A model generated the notes under the pieces. That model made no database searches and was not told the origin of the DNA. It saw only the letters and a program-made list of their open reading frames with translations. The position numbers and the translations under genes were made by a program. Shown here one piece after another: positions 12,292 to 25,158 of a stretch of 64,000 bases of DNA. Numbering within the stretch: position 1 is the stretch's first letter; each line of letters opens with the position of its first letter. Source of the DNA: Octopus vulgaris (lineage: Eukaryota); NCBI GenBank assembly GCA_951406725.2, contig OX597821.1, forward strand, positions 44,702,001 to 44,766,000, given 5' to 3'.

Positions 12292-12367
12292 TTTCGTTGC
12301 GTCTTGCAACCTTTTCAATAGTCTTCACTAGTCAAGACTATTGAAAAGGCTGCAAGACGCAACGAAA
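12292..12367. repeat. Near-perfect 34-bp hairpin
   Basis: tttcgttgcgtcttgcaaccttttcaatagtctt / aagactattgaaaaggctgcaagacgcaacgaaa, 8-nt loop, one mismatch. Confidence 0.95.
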
Positions 12368-12546
12368 TTTTAGGAAAATAAAAATAAGAAATAAGTGGAA
12401 ATTTTACTATTGAGTGTGTTAAATTATAAGGCACAAAAAGAAAATGACTCTCCCCAGACACAACAGAATATGCTTCAACACATGAACTCACATAAAGAAT
12501 CTTGCAAACCAAATCCCAAAACGAAATATATATATGTATGTATGTA

Positions 12547-13792
12547 CAGGGTGCATAAGATATTTGAGGACAGATTTATGTTTATAAAAAAAAACTTATG
12601 TAATAACAGATAATAACTTTATTTATCAAAAAATTCTATGAGGATAAAAATAAGCCTTCTTTTCTATAATGTTATTCAATAAGGCCACCTTCAGCTTCAA
12701 TATGAGATCTAAATCATCTACATGCTCGAATCAAGTGCTCCTGAGTCATTTTGGACCTTACACTGACTATGGCAGCTTTCAAAGAATCTTTGATGTTATG
12801 GGCATATTCATTGACCTCTCCCTCAACAATGCTCCACATGTAATAGTCCAATGTATTGAGATCTGGGGAATTAGAGGCCAAATGTTAGGGGTTGTGTGAT
12901 CATGAAAATTTTCAGCCATCCATTCTTGTGTTACCAGAGCCATGTGTGATAGTGTAGAGCCTTATTGAAACACATATGGCTTTCCATTCATTACACTGTC
13001 TATCCAGGGCTTAACAATTATTTCCAGGACCTCAATGTAGGCAGCAGAGTTAACTGGAAGGTCTTGTGGAAAGAAGTAAGGAGGCATCACATGTCCTTCA
13101 TTGCTGACAACTCCTAAAACCATGACAGTTGCAGGAAATTTTTTATGCATAACATATGGAACTTCAGAAGGTTGACACATAACCATCTGTCTGTTCTGTA
13201 AACTTTTTGAACTTGGTTGAAGTTTTTCTCGTTTGAGAAAAACCAAATTAAATCTTCTTCTGCTGGATTTTTACATTTGTTTAAGAGCCTTTTAGATCTG
13301 ATGTAGTGATTTTCTTTTGCTTTTTCTGACAAATTGACCTTTCCACATCATATAAACCTTATATCTGATGTTTTCGCGGACAACATTTCTAACTGTTCCT
13401 TCTGACATATGGAGATCTTTTGCAATGCACCTCATGGACCTTCTGAGATTGTAATCAAAAGTCTGTTAAACTTGTTGGATAAATTTAGGTGCTCTAATGA
13501 TTCTAGAATGTTTAGAATGCTTTTTATGCTTTGATACTGGTGATACTTTTCCTTCTTCAGTCTCTAGCTCCTTAAAAACTTTGTAGACGAAATATCTGGC
13601 AACTTAAAAATAGAGATATTTCTAAATTGCTATGCTCAGCCTTTATAACCACGATAACAGCATACCTCTTCATTTCTTGAGTAAGCTGAGGGTCTGCCAT
13701 TATTATTTTCTGAAACATAGATTAAACAGAGTTAGCAAAAAATACAGCAATGACCCAAAAAATGTATGGCTTCAAATACTTAATGCACCCTG
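12547..13792 (-). mobile_element. Tc1/mariner DD37D (maT) transposon, full length, inactive
   Basis: TIRs CAGGGTGCAT..GATATTTGA with TA flanks. Motifs WFFSNEKNF, VMVLGVVSNEG, YVFQ, WP..SPDLN.LDY; 37 residues between the second and third catalytic positions after frameshift correction. Confidence 0.92.
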
Positions 13793-13824
13793 TATATATG
13801 CACCCTATATATGCACACATACAT

Positions 13825-14040
13825 GTGTCGTTGTCTGTGCTTGTTGCCCCCATCCCCACTTCTTGATAACCGGTGTTGGTTTGTTTAAGTCCCATAACTT
13901 AGTAGTTTGGCAAAAGAGACTGATAAAATAAGTAACCAGGCCTGAAAAAACATAAGCCCTGGGGTTGACTAAAATTCTTCAAGCCTATGCCCCAGAATAG
14001 CCTCAGTCCAGTGACTGAAACAAGTAAAAGATGAAAGATA
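13825..14040 (+). mobile_element. SINE family A, 3' half
   Basis: cataacttag..ggcaaaagagactgata..gactgaaacaagtaaaaga. Confidence 0.75.
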
Positions 14041-14711
14041 AATAAGAAATATACGATAATAAGTAAGAAATATGGAAAGAAAAGTTAAAAAGAAGGTTAA
14101 GAGTGTTTACAAACAAATTATAAAACATGTCACTCCGGGTAACATGGTGTTTACAATAGTTTTGGATTACAGGGTAGACATGCTCTAAAAGAACAATAAT
14201 GGGTGAGGAGTAAAATTTTCCACTAGACTGGTTTTGAAGCACGGAATCCACATATATGCCTACATACATAATACATACATACATGCACGTCATATATATA
14301 TGCAGCCTCAAAAATTCACACACACATGCACAGCCATGAGATCTGTTTGATTCTATGGAAACCTATTCCTATTGCATGTGTGTGTGTATGCCATGTGTAT
14401 GTGCATGTGTGCATGCTTGTGTGCATGTGTGCATGCATGCATGCTTGCATGTGTGCGTGTGTGTTAACAATGATGCAAATAAATAAAACAGCTTGGGTAT
14501 GATATACAAAATATAAATACATGTATACATGTAAATAGAGAGAAAGTAAAGATTGAAAATTTTCAGATGATGACTATTCAAGTAAAAATATATAAACATT
14601 TATATGATAACAAAGCATACTTACATAAAGTACATAGATGCCTCTCCCTTATACTTCTGTGTCTTTATATTCTGTGTAAGTTTGCTCTGTCATCATATAA
14701 ATATCTATATA

Positions 14712-15102
14712 CTAGCAGTATCGTCCAACATTGCTCGGGTTTGCTTCGACGCTTTAGAATTGCAGTTTTTGAAAAGTAAAAGTCTTGCATTACGTAGCTT
14801 GTTATTCTCTTTAAGTGAACATTTTTCTGGTTGAAATACACCGAAAAATAGCGACACAGCAGTCAAAAAAGCGTAAAAAATAGGGATTTTCATAGAAAAA
14901 AATGCACCTTTTTGATGTAAATAATTTTTGGTGTTAACATGGTCCGATTTGAATTTTATCTTCCACGGAATGAAGAGCAAGCCTTCTTCTATCATACTCT
15001 CAATTTTGGTCAACTTGCGCCGCAGGGTCTCGGAGGAGATAGTATTAGTTGAAGGCTACCAAACCTGCCACACACAGACAACTTCAGCTTTATATATAGA
15101 GA
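14712..15102 (-). mobile_element. Non-autonomous Helitron
   Basis: Minus strand: A|TCTCTATATATAAAG ... subterminal hairpin CCCGAGCAATGTTGGA ... CTAG|T. Confidence 0.8.
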
Positions 15103-15377
15103 TTATACATGAACATTCATCATCTGAAAATTTTCAGTCTTTACTTTCTCTCTATTTACATGTATACATATATATATATATATTGTATATCAAACCCAAG
15201 CAGTTTTATTTGTTTACTTGCATCATTATCTCCATATCTGCTCACCTGGATTTCTCTTATAGTCACGCTTTATCCCATGGACTTGGCCCTTGGTAAAGGT
15301 TTCAGAGCATAAGTTCAAATCCTTTGAGCACGACTAACTTTTTTATATTGGGAATCTCTGGATCTCATCTGTTGACT

Positions 15378-15579
15378 CTATCTATCTGTCTATCTATCTG
15401 TCTGTCTGTCTCTCTGTCTATCTGTCTGTCTGTCTGTCTACCTGTCTATCTGTCTATCTATCTGTCTATCTATCTGTCTGTCTGTCTATCTGTCTATCTA
15501 TCTATCTACCTATCTACCTATCTATCCATCTGTCTGTCTGTCTGTCTATCTGTCTATCTATCTGTCTATCTATCTATCG

Positions 15580-15629
<50 letters not shown>

Positions 15630-15688
15630 TTATCTATTTATCTATCTGCCTATCTATCTATCTATCTATCTATTTATCTATCTGTCTG

Positions 15689-15733
<45 letters not shown>
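15378..15733. repeat. (TCTA/TCTG)n microsatellite
   Basis: Direct observation. Confidence 0.99.
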
Positions 15734-15871
15734 GTCATTGTTCAGTTTTATTTCAAGATTTCTTGCCAATAGAGAAAGCGCTGGTTTCTAACCTAGGTAC
15801 AAGGCTCCTTCATTGGAATTTCAACATCAACAACAGGGTTTTTTGTTTGCATGTATATGTGCAGATTTGTA

Positions 15872-16092
15872 CTGGGTTGGTGCATAATTATTGCGACTTT
15901 TTTCAACAAATTTTATCTTTAAATGATGGTCTGACTGTCTGCCAAGCAAATGGGTAACGTATTCACCATCTACTGAAGTAGATGGTGAATATGCTCCAGA
16001 ATAATCATTTAAGGATGTTTTTATTACATGTTATTGTTTTTGTTCAATAAAATTTGTTGAAAAAAAGCCACAATAATTATGCACCAACCCAA
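15872..16092. mobile_element. mariner-derived MITE
   Basis: ~45-bp TIRs tgggttggtgcataattattg..ttttttcaacaaattttat with TA flanks; mariner C-terminal remnant LPSKW..EVDGEY; internal 13-bp hairpin at 15961-15990. Confidence 0.88.
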
Positions 16093-16099
16093 TATGTTT

Positions 16100-16548
16100 T
16101 GCTTTGTGTGTGTATTCTCATGCATATAGTTGCATATCTAGACATGCTCATATATATTTAAATGATAAATTTCTGGAAAGTTTTACAGATTTTTACAGTT
16201 CCAGTGATGGATTGGATCTGTAGTCTTCGAATTAGCTTTCTCCTTTCTGATTTTGAGAAGGCTATTTTCCCAAGACTGGTATTTAGGCAGTGTGTTACAT
16301 ATCCCAGGGCCCCAATAATTACAGGTATAAACCTGAACTTGTAATCTGGATAGAGTAACTGCAATAGGTGTTTTCTTTTTCACTGATCTTCAGCTTTATG
16401 TTAACATCCACTGGACAGCTAATTCCCACAACTGTACACAGTTTCTCTTCTCTATCCCAAATCATTATGTCAGGTCTGTTGTGCTTACATTTTATTGAGG
16501 TCTTCACTGGGATATTCACCAGAACTCTTTTTTATTATGAGTCGCTAT
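16100..16548 (-). mobile_element. R4/Dong-like non-LTR retrotransposon 3' end (restriction-like endonuclease)
   Basis: KCKHNRPDIMIWD...ISCP.D.N...EK..Y and FIPVIIGALG motifs; 5' truncated. Confidence 0.8.
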
Positions 16549-17391
16549 GGCTTCTACAGTACTGTATGTATGTATGTATGTATGTATGTATGTATGTATG
16601 TATGTATGTATGTATGTATGTATGTATGTATGTATGTATGTATGTATGTATGCATTTGTATATGCATGTAAGTATTATGTAGAAATATATCATCATCATC
16701 ATCATCATCATCATTTTCATCATTTTCATTTAACATCCACTTTTCTATGATTGCTTAAATCAGACATAATTTGTTGAGGCAGATTTCCTATGGCTGGATA
16801 CCCTTTCTATTGCCAACCCTCACTTTCTTTCCAAGCAAGATACTATCTTCTTATGAACGGATACGTTTTTGTGGAATAGTAGAAACAAACAACATTGTTT
16901 GTTTGATAGTAATACTTGCTTACCACCATCACATGATGACAAGAGAAGGGGACATGTAAACACACACACACACAAGCATAAATATTCAAGGACTGAGGTG
17001 TTCAGGATTGCTAGACAGTGAGTCAGAGAAAATTGAGATGTGGTAGGAGAGAGTGGTGTATGTATGAATAATGGTGTTTGCAAACAGTGACTCCAAGACA
17101 CTGAGAGATTACAAAGGAAATGACAAAGGACTGAGACATATGACACCGTCCTGTACTCAAGAAGACAAGTCTTCTACAACAAAATTAATACCGGTGCTGG
17201 AGCCACGTGAAAAGCACTGGTGCTTGTGACACATGATAGTATCACATTAAAAGCACTGGTGCTAGTGTCAAATTTAAAGCACAGGTCCTGATGCCACATA
17301 CATGTATGTATGTATATTGTATCTAGTATTGCAGGTGCATTCACCCAACCCATTCATACTTTATATATATGTATATATATATAAAAAAAAG

Positions 17392-17723
17392 TTAGAATAA
17401 AACCACCTTTTATCAATTCAAAATGAACAATCAAATTACACCATCTAGAAAATTACATATAACAGAAAAGTTAAAATTAAAACAACAATAAAATACCAAT
17501 GATTAAGTAAATTGCAAAAAAAATAATAAAAACATATATAATTGGTATATTTTAAATATATATTTATTTCTACCAATTATATACATTTTTATTATTTTTT
17601 TGCAATTTACTTAATCATTGGTATTTTATTGTTATTTTAATTTTAACTTTTCTATTATATGTAATTTTCTAGATGGTGTAATTTAATTGTTCATTTTGAA
17701 TTGATAAGAGGTGGGGGTTTTTC

Positions 17724-17726
<3 letters not shown>
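17392..17726. repeat. AT-rich fold-back, ~156-bp arms, 23-nt spacer
   Basis: ttatcaattcaaaatgaacaat..attggta is mirrored by taccaat..attgttcattttgaattgataa; flanked by (TA)n. Confidence 0.92.
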
Positions 17727-17767
<41 letters not shown>

Positions 17768-17862
17768 TATATTATATTGTGTGAAATTTCATTTATTATT
17801 TCTAAATTGAATTTTTTCCCTGTAAGTGTGGATTAATATTCCCTCAAATAATTATTATTATG

Positions 17863-17893
<31 letters not shown>

Positions 17894-18526
17894 ACACACA
17901 CTTACACACACATACACACACACACATTCACACACACACACATGTGCATACACACTCACAACAGGAATAGGGTTTGAAAGAATTAAACAGTGATCGTTGC
18001 TGTGTAAGTGCGTATGTGTGTGTGTGTGTATGTGTGAATTTTTGAGGATGCATACATATGATGCATATGCATGAGTGTGTATGTATAAGAGTGTGTGTGT
18101 GTATATGAGCAATTCATGCTTCAAAACCAGTCTTGTGGGAAATTTCACCCCCTTCACATTTGTTCTTTTAGAGCATATGTACCCAGTGATCCACAACCAT
18201 AGTAAAAGCCATGTTACTTAGAGTCACGTTTTCTTTTATAATTTGATTGTAAACACTCTCGACCTCCTTTTCAACTTTCCTTTCCACATTTATTTATTTC
18301 ATGTTATTTTTTTTATTTCCTTTTTTTTTCATTTTATGCTTTATTATGCTATTTAAGTGTTATTTAAGTGTTATTATGTTATCTAATAGTGTTCTATGGC
18401 TAAAGTTTGATAAGCAAATGGATGACTAATTACTTAATTTTACTGTAATTAGTATTATAGATAGATAAGACATATGACACTGTCCTGTACTCAGAAGACA
18501 AGTCTTCTAAAACAAAATTAATACCG

Positions 18527-19512
18527 GATATGAAGACAAGGCAAGTCCCTGGACCATCAGGAATCAGCGCTGAGATGCTTAAAATATTTGGCAGTGTAGG
18601 ATACAGCCTCTTCACTTGTATAGTTAATCAGGTTATCCAGGTAGACATCATCCCCAATGACTGCTGTGATGGTATTATAGTTAGTTACTACAAGGGTAAA
18701 GGTGATACCTTAGATAGAAACAACCACAGGGGTATCAAAGTGGTAGACCAGGTCATGAAAGTTACAGAAAGGGTTATAGCTCAATTAATTAAGAAGAGAA
18801 TTAAATTAGATGGGATGCAATGTGGTTTTGTGCCTGAGAAGAGAACCACAGATGCCTTCTTCCTAGGCAGACAGCTACAGGTGAAGTAACTGGCAAAGAG
18901 TAAACCATTGTACTTGGCTTTCATTGACCAGGAGAAAGTATTTGACAGAGTCACTTGTTCTATTATCAGGTGGTCTCTAAGGAAGTTAGGAATAGATGAG
19001 TGACTTGTTAGAGCTGTACAAGCCATGTACAGCTGTACTGTTAGTAGGATGGAGTTGGCATGAATACAGTGGAACTCGAAACTGGCTGCCCTTGGAAACT
19101 ACTATGTACTGATGACCTCATTCTTATTGCAGTATCTGTAGCAGAATTGGAGAAGAAATTCCAGGATTGCAGAAGACATGCATAGACAAGAGAAGAATGA
19201 AGCTTGTATGCTCTGATGGATATGCAACATCAGGGTGCATGTACGATGAAGTGCAAATGGTTTGAGAGAAAAGTTGAGCATAATGGGACTCAGATGCAGA
19301 ATGCAAGAGAGAAAACTATGTTGGTTTGGACATGTGATGTGTATGAATGAAGACAGTAGTATAAAGAAGTGCTGATCACTGCAAGTGGATGGCACCTGTG
19401 GGAGAGGAAGACATGGGATGAAGTAGTGAGGACCAACCTCAGGATGTTGGACCTCACTGATGAGATGACAATGGACTGAGATGCTTGGTGACATGAGGTT
19501 CTTGAGAAGACC
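18527..19512 (+). mobile_element. RTE-clade LINE reverse transcriptase remnant
   Basis: PGPSGI.AEMLK, YKGKGD..D.NN.RGIK, MQ.GF.P...TTDA.F..RQLQ, LAFID.EK.FDRV, LCWFGHV; internal deletions. Confidence 0.92.
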
Positions 19513-19759
19513 TACTTACCCCCTGTAGGTTCTTGAAGTGCTGCATGTTCCACTCACATGTAATGTAATCTAACTCTCTAACTCACTCTCCTTTCTTTTC
19601 CAGCTGGGGTGTTCATGTATCTACAGCAACACACTGATCCCTGTCCCTTTGTACTGTTAATTTCTCAAATGGCACAAAACCACCTACTTCAATATTACTC
19701 CTGCCTCCCAGTTGAAGGGTTTTGCCTTTTTTGTCCTGCAACTTACTTGGTTACCCTGT

Positions 19760-19975
19760 TGGTGCTAGTGACACATAAAAAACACTGGTATTGGTGCCAT
19801 GTAAAAAAGTACCCAGTACATTCTGTAAAGTGGTTGGCATTAGGAAGGGCATCCAGCTGTAGAAACTATGCCAAAACAGACAATAGAGCCTGGTACAGCT
19901 CCCAGTCTTGCCAGCTCCCGTAAAACCGTCCCACCCATGCCAGCACAGAAAATGGATGTTAAATGATAACGATGA
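19760..19975 (+). mobile_element. LINE-tail/SINE family D ((GAT)n-ending)
   Basis: gtggttggcattaggaagggcatccagctgtagaaac...acccatgccagca..gatgttaaa. Further copies at 38068-38200 and 40300-40452, and on the minus strand at 43405-43570 and 50305-50480. Confidence 0.8.
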
Positions 19976-20202
19976 AAGGCTGCTTCTTTCAGATAATGTC
20001 AACCAAATCCACTCACAATGTTTTGGTCAGCCTCAGGCTACAGTAGACGTTGCGTGCTGTGCAATCTGACTGAATTTGAGACCAAATGTTTGGGAAGTAA
20101 CCTTCTTACCTAAACAGCCACATCTACACCTGCATGTATATATTATCCTTGACCTGTTTAATAGTCTCTCATATCTCTAACATTATTGTTATTATTATTA
20201 TT

Positions 20203-20760
20203 GAGTGAGAGAGCAGTACATGCCATCAAAGTGGCTGTGGGGTAAAATATACAAAGCCCAGTATACCCATCATGACTACCCGTCTGATATGGGTACACCA
20301 GGCACACACATCACAACCATATGTGCATGACATGGTGATCTCATACCAAGATAAACAGCACATGACCTTGCAGGTGGGGCCCAATTAGAATATTCTTCTG
20401 GTCAAGTAACCCATCCTGCTCAAAAGGTCCCTGAATAAGGGTTGTTTAAGGATGTTGAATGAAACACCCATGTTTCCAGAGGTGAATTATTCAAACCCTA
20501 AAGAATCCCTCTCAACACATGGCTATGATTCTCCCGCACTACTTCTGCTCGTGATCAGAGATGCACATATCATCAGCCACTAAGGGACATGCTCAACTGG
20601 TTAAGGTCAAACAACTGACAAGCAAATCTGTAGTATTGAACAGAATATTTGCTGTAGCCCATCTTTTATACCAAGACAAAACAATGTACATGATAACACT
20701 TCCAATCAGTTAAGATCAGAAGCCACGAGAGCCACTGCCTGGTACTGCATCAGGGCATTC
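20203..20760 (-). mobile_element. Non-coding interspersed element embedded in an (ATT)n tract
   Basis: ~560-bp GC-richer block with (att)n on both sides; no ORF. Confidence 0.55.
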
Positions 20761-22122
20761 ATTATTATTATTATTATTATTCACCTCTCCATTTCACACC
20801 CTTATCACTCACCTGTTAGCCCACACCTGTCACCGATGTCTGCTTCACTTATGTCTTTATCTCTCTTGCTTCCACACCCATACAACAACTGTTTACCTTT
20901 TGGTCATCTCCTCTTCTTCTCAGTCTCATTGTACTATGCTATTGATGTGACTAAAGTTCGCAGTGAATCTCTCTTCTGTTTGTCACACAATGCACTCTCT
21001 CAGATTGATTGTTTGATTGATTGATATGTAAATTCACACACAGCTGATAATTCTTAATCTGAAGTACTTGGGACCAGAGATGCTGTGGATTTGCAAATAT
21101 TTTGACCATGCACCAAGTCAAGAAGATTTAATTAGCCATGTACCAAGTTAACATTGTTTAACTAGCCATAATGTTTTGTTTTGTTTGGGGCAAATACAAT
21201 GTGTTACTAAATCTATAGTAAAGAGAATCCAGAAACTCCTTTCAATTCTGTGTTAAAACTACTTCACTCTTATTTCTAATGTTCTCGTAAGAGTCATGAA
21301 TATCACAGCATCATAATGCTACTTTCTGTCTTGCATAAACATCTCAGACTTCAAAATGTATGCAACAAATTTTTTTTATTAGTTTGTATTTGTGAAAATT
21401 TAATTTATGTTTACAAATACTCAAGTAGTCTCCCTCCCTTTCTCTCTCTTTCTCTCCCATCCCTTTCTCTTTCCTCTCCTCCCTCTCTCTCCCATCTCTC
21501 TTTCTTCCCCTCCCTCTCCTCCATACCTACAGAATTTATTTCTCAGTATTCTACAAACCAGTTCTGTATTCAAATCTTTGAAATGAAACTTTCAACAACA
21601 TATAACAAGCTGAGTTTATTATACACAATGCAATGTTATTCTTTTGTTAGTGTAAACTATAACGTGAGTATTTGTGTTTCTGAAATTTTCAAGCTGAATA
21701 ATTATATAAATATTTTTGTGTTTTGAGTGCATGTGTGTGTGTGTGCTTGCACGTGGGTGTGAGGTCAGAATGACATGTTGCCATGTAGATATTTTGTTTC
21801 TCAACTGAAAAGACTGACGAATTATGTGCACAGTGTCTATGACCCAAGCTTCCCCCAGCAGTAATTAGATAGCAACTCATTCAACTTAACATGGCAAATA
21901 TCAATTTATTTGCTGACTTCATAATCTTATACTGCTGGTTTCTAGGTTTCCCAAAAATATAGATTTAAAATGTGTGAACTCTATTGTACTAGATACACTT
22001 GACAAAGTCTTCAAGTAGTGCCCAGCTAATCCACTGGTACTCCAACTTACAGAAATACCATGACTACTGGGGGCAGTACTGGATTATAGGTCTCATACAA
22101 AGTAGATTAACTGAACAAACTA

Positions 22123-23349
22123 CAGGGTGCGGATGGTGGTTGTTTGCAGTTTTCATCTGCTAATTTTATGCATGTTTTTACTTTCATTGTTAGTCTTTTT
22201 CTTCTTAAAAACAATAACCATTTTTACTTTATTTTTTTCACAGAATAATTGACTATGGAAAATTTTGAACCCCACCTCAGTTCATGGAAGAGGAAGAGAG
22301 TCCACCTTGGAATCCATGCCAGAAGGATAAACAAGGAGATATCAGATTTCTTCAACATCAGCTGAAGAATGGTAGAAAAGGTTGTAAAGGAGCTGGAAGA
22401 TTCAACTATGAGGCAACAACAGAGTTGAAAACCCTGATTGATGATCTGACACCATCAGAACACTGAAATTCAAGAGATCATCAACAATGATCCCAGAATG
22501 CCAATGCATATGAAAAAGGTGTGGATGGAAAGGCTCATTAAGTTAGTGGTGTATGAAGACATTCGTTACTTTTCCTACAAGATGAGGGTGGGACCAATTT
22601 CTGTCCATGGTAATGCAGGAAAAGTAACTCAAGCACACCAAGAAGCTGACCAACACCTGTTGGAGTTAGACATGTGGTTCTTCTCCAACAAGAAGAATTT
22701 CTGCCAAGAGCAGAAGATCAACTTTGAGAAAAACAGTGGCTCTCTGTCTCACTCAAAGACGAAATTTCCTGTTACAATCTTCATTGATGTCAGCAGTGAA
22801 GGTGACATCATGCCATATCACTTCTTCCTTGAGAACCTTAGGTGGAACACTGACAGCTACATCTGTGTTCTGAATGGGTGGTGAAGCCTTGGATCAACTC
22901 AATAGCTGCAGGGAGAGTGTACATGTGGCAGCAAGAATCTTCACCCTGACACACTAGCCAGAAGACCCAGGCCTCCCTGTTGAAGAAGTTTTTCACTCAC
23001 ACAGCACCTGACATTTAGCCTCTCAACTCATCTGACTGCAGCCCCTTCGACTTCTTTGTGTGGGGTGTGTTGGAACAAGAGACCAACAAATCCAGCTGCA
23101 ACATGAAGGATAAGCTGAGGGCCAGGATTACCAGGGCATTCAGGAGATGGTAATGAAGATCTGTGACCAGCTCTGGGATGGCCTGGAGGCTGTCATTGGG
23201 GCCAAAGGCAGGTTCATTGAGTGAGATTGATAGAACATGTCATGAAGACAAAGTGACCCAAATTTGATGAATATATCTCAAAAAATAAAAGTACTATATA
23301 ATTTTTTCCTGATACAGTCATCATGCAAACGAATACCTTCAGCACCCTG
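22123..23349 (+). mobile_element. Second DD37D (maT) transposon, inactive
   Basis: TIRs CAGGGTGC.GA.GGT..TTGCA; motifs WFFSNKKNF, VSSEGDIMP, VKPWI, WQQ.SSP.H, NS.DC.PFDFFVWG. Confidence 0.9.
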
Positions 23350-25158
23350 TGCAAGAATTCAAATATATATAAATAGTTGTGAAATAAATTTGTTGAAAGT
23401 TAATCTTTTTGCTTTTCTGTCAAAATTAGACACAAAAAAAAGCATGCTGAGAAATAACAGCAAAGTTGGAAATGATCTGAAAATAACTGAAAATTATTAA
23501 TGATGTGGACAAAAAACTATTGATCTTTGTTCATCTGGATGGTTTTCTATAATACTATCTGAAAACATTTTTATCTATATTTCATTTCTGCTCTCTATAA
23601 AACACAGTGGCTTTTAAAATAAAACTGTTTTGGTGATCCAAATCACCTGTCCTACAGTATACTACCACATCTTGAAGGTTGATAATTGTATTCACAACAA
23701 AGTGATAGCGTAAAAGAAAAGGTACCATCAGTGTCTTGAAATATTGAATTATATCTCTATCTCTTCTGAATTAAAATGTCACCAGCAGCAATTTTATTTT
23801 TCAGCCAATTCTAGGACCATTTAAATCAATGCCATATATGTGCTTGGGATGATAATATTTCTCGCCTAATATCTTTGGTTTTGTACCAATGTAAGAAATC
23901 TGTAGCAAATACCTCATGTTGCATTCATGGCACCTCGATAACAATAACCTTAAACTTTCATGCAAGCAGTCTGTAAACAAATATTCAACAGATGTGCTTA
24001 TGTCATCATTTCCTGCACTAACTGACTTTTACAGCAGTTTGTTTATCAACCTAAATACACTGACATCAACAGATGTACTGTCATCCCCTTTTAGACCAAT
24101 CAACTGGTACAACAAACCTGTTCATCTACCCATGGTACATTGACATCAACAGATGAGCCTATGTGATCCCTGTCAAGACTTATTAAGTTAGTGTGCTTAC
24201 TTCATCAAAAGATATACTTATGTCATCACATTTCCAATCAATGAACTTACTCAGACTGATGCTATATTAACAAGCCAAGCCCAAAGTGATAAAGCCAGTG
24301 AACACCACCCAGAGACACAGTACCAATGTGTACCACTTTATAAAGCAAAACAATGGTATCAGCAGTCACAGTATTTCCAATATAGTTGTAGTCACAAGAG
24401 ACATAACAGTGAACCATCTATGTACCCAGAAACCACCAAACTAGACAGTAATCAGTTTAATAATCATACTTCTATGTAAATAAAACAGACCAAACTTATG
24501 CAAAACTACTGGAATCTTGCCAGACCACTTTGTACGAACAATTCAGATACCCAGCCATTTTAAACCACTAGGTTTTACCAATGGCACTGAACTTTTCTAT
24601 AAGTATGTACAAATATACATTCGGATCATGTGTGTTTGTGTGTGTCAAGCACAAACAAAATCATCTTTAAACTTGTAGAACATGGTTTATCTCAGTAACA
24701 CTTCTTTCACAGAATATACAGAAATAACACATTCTCTGTGTTTCTTGATGTTTAAATTGAAGCCTCATATCAATGTTCCATTTAATAAGCCCAGTGTAGC
24801 TATTGTTAAATGTCATCCTTCTCTTTGTTTATGAACAGAATTTGTTTTCCTTCAAATCTAGAATTATTGTAACAAATCGTTTAAATTAAAGCATTTTTCT
24901 GAAAATTGGAGTTTTGTATTTAGTATTTGTTTGAATTAAGTTGCTTCTTCATCCAGCCACAACTGATTAAATAATCCTATCACCCAAATACTAAATTTAA
25001 TCAGTACATTGACACAGATTATTGTATATCATCGTTTAACATCTGCTTTCCATGCTGACATGGGTTGGACGGTTTGACTGAGGACTGGTGAGCCAGTGGA
25101 TCATATATCTGAAAAAGAAGCACACTCCAAAGTATAAAGCAGTAATGTATTCACATGC

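Noticed and set aside
19449-19498. CCTCA-CTGATGA...GAGA...TGAGG hammerhead-like string
   Set aside because: It lies in the RTE ORF C-terminus (LTDEMT.D.D.W), with no proper stem II or III; coincidental.
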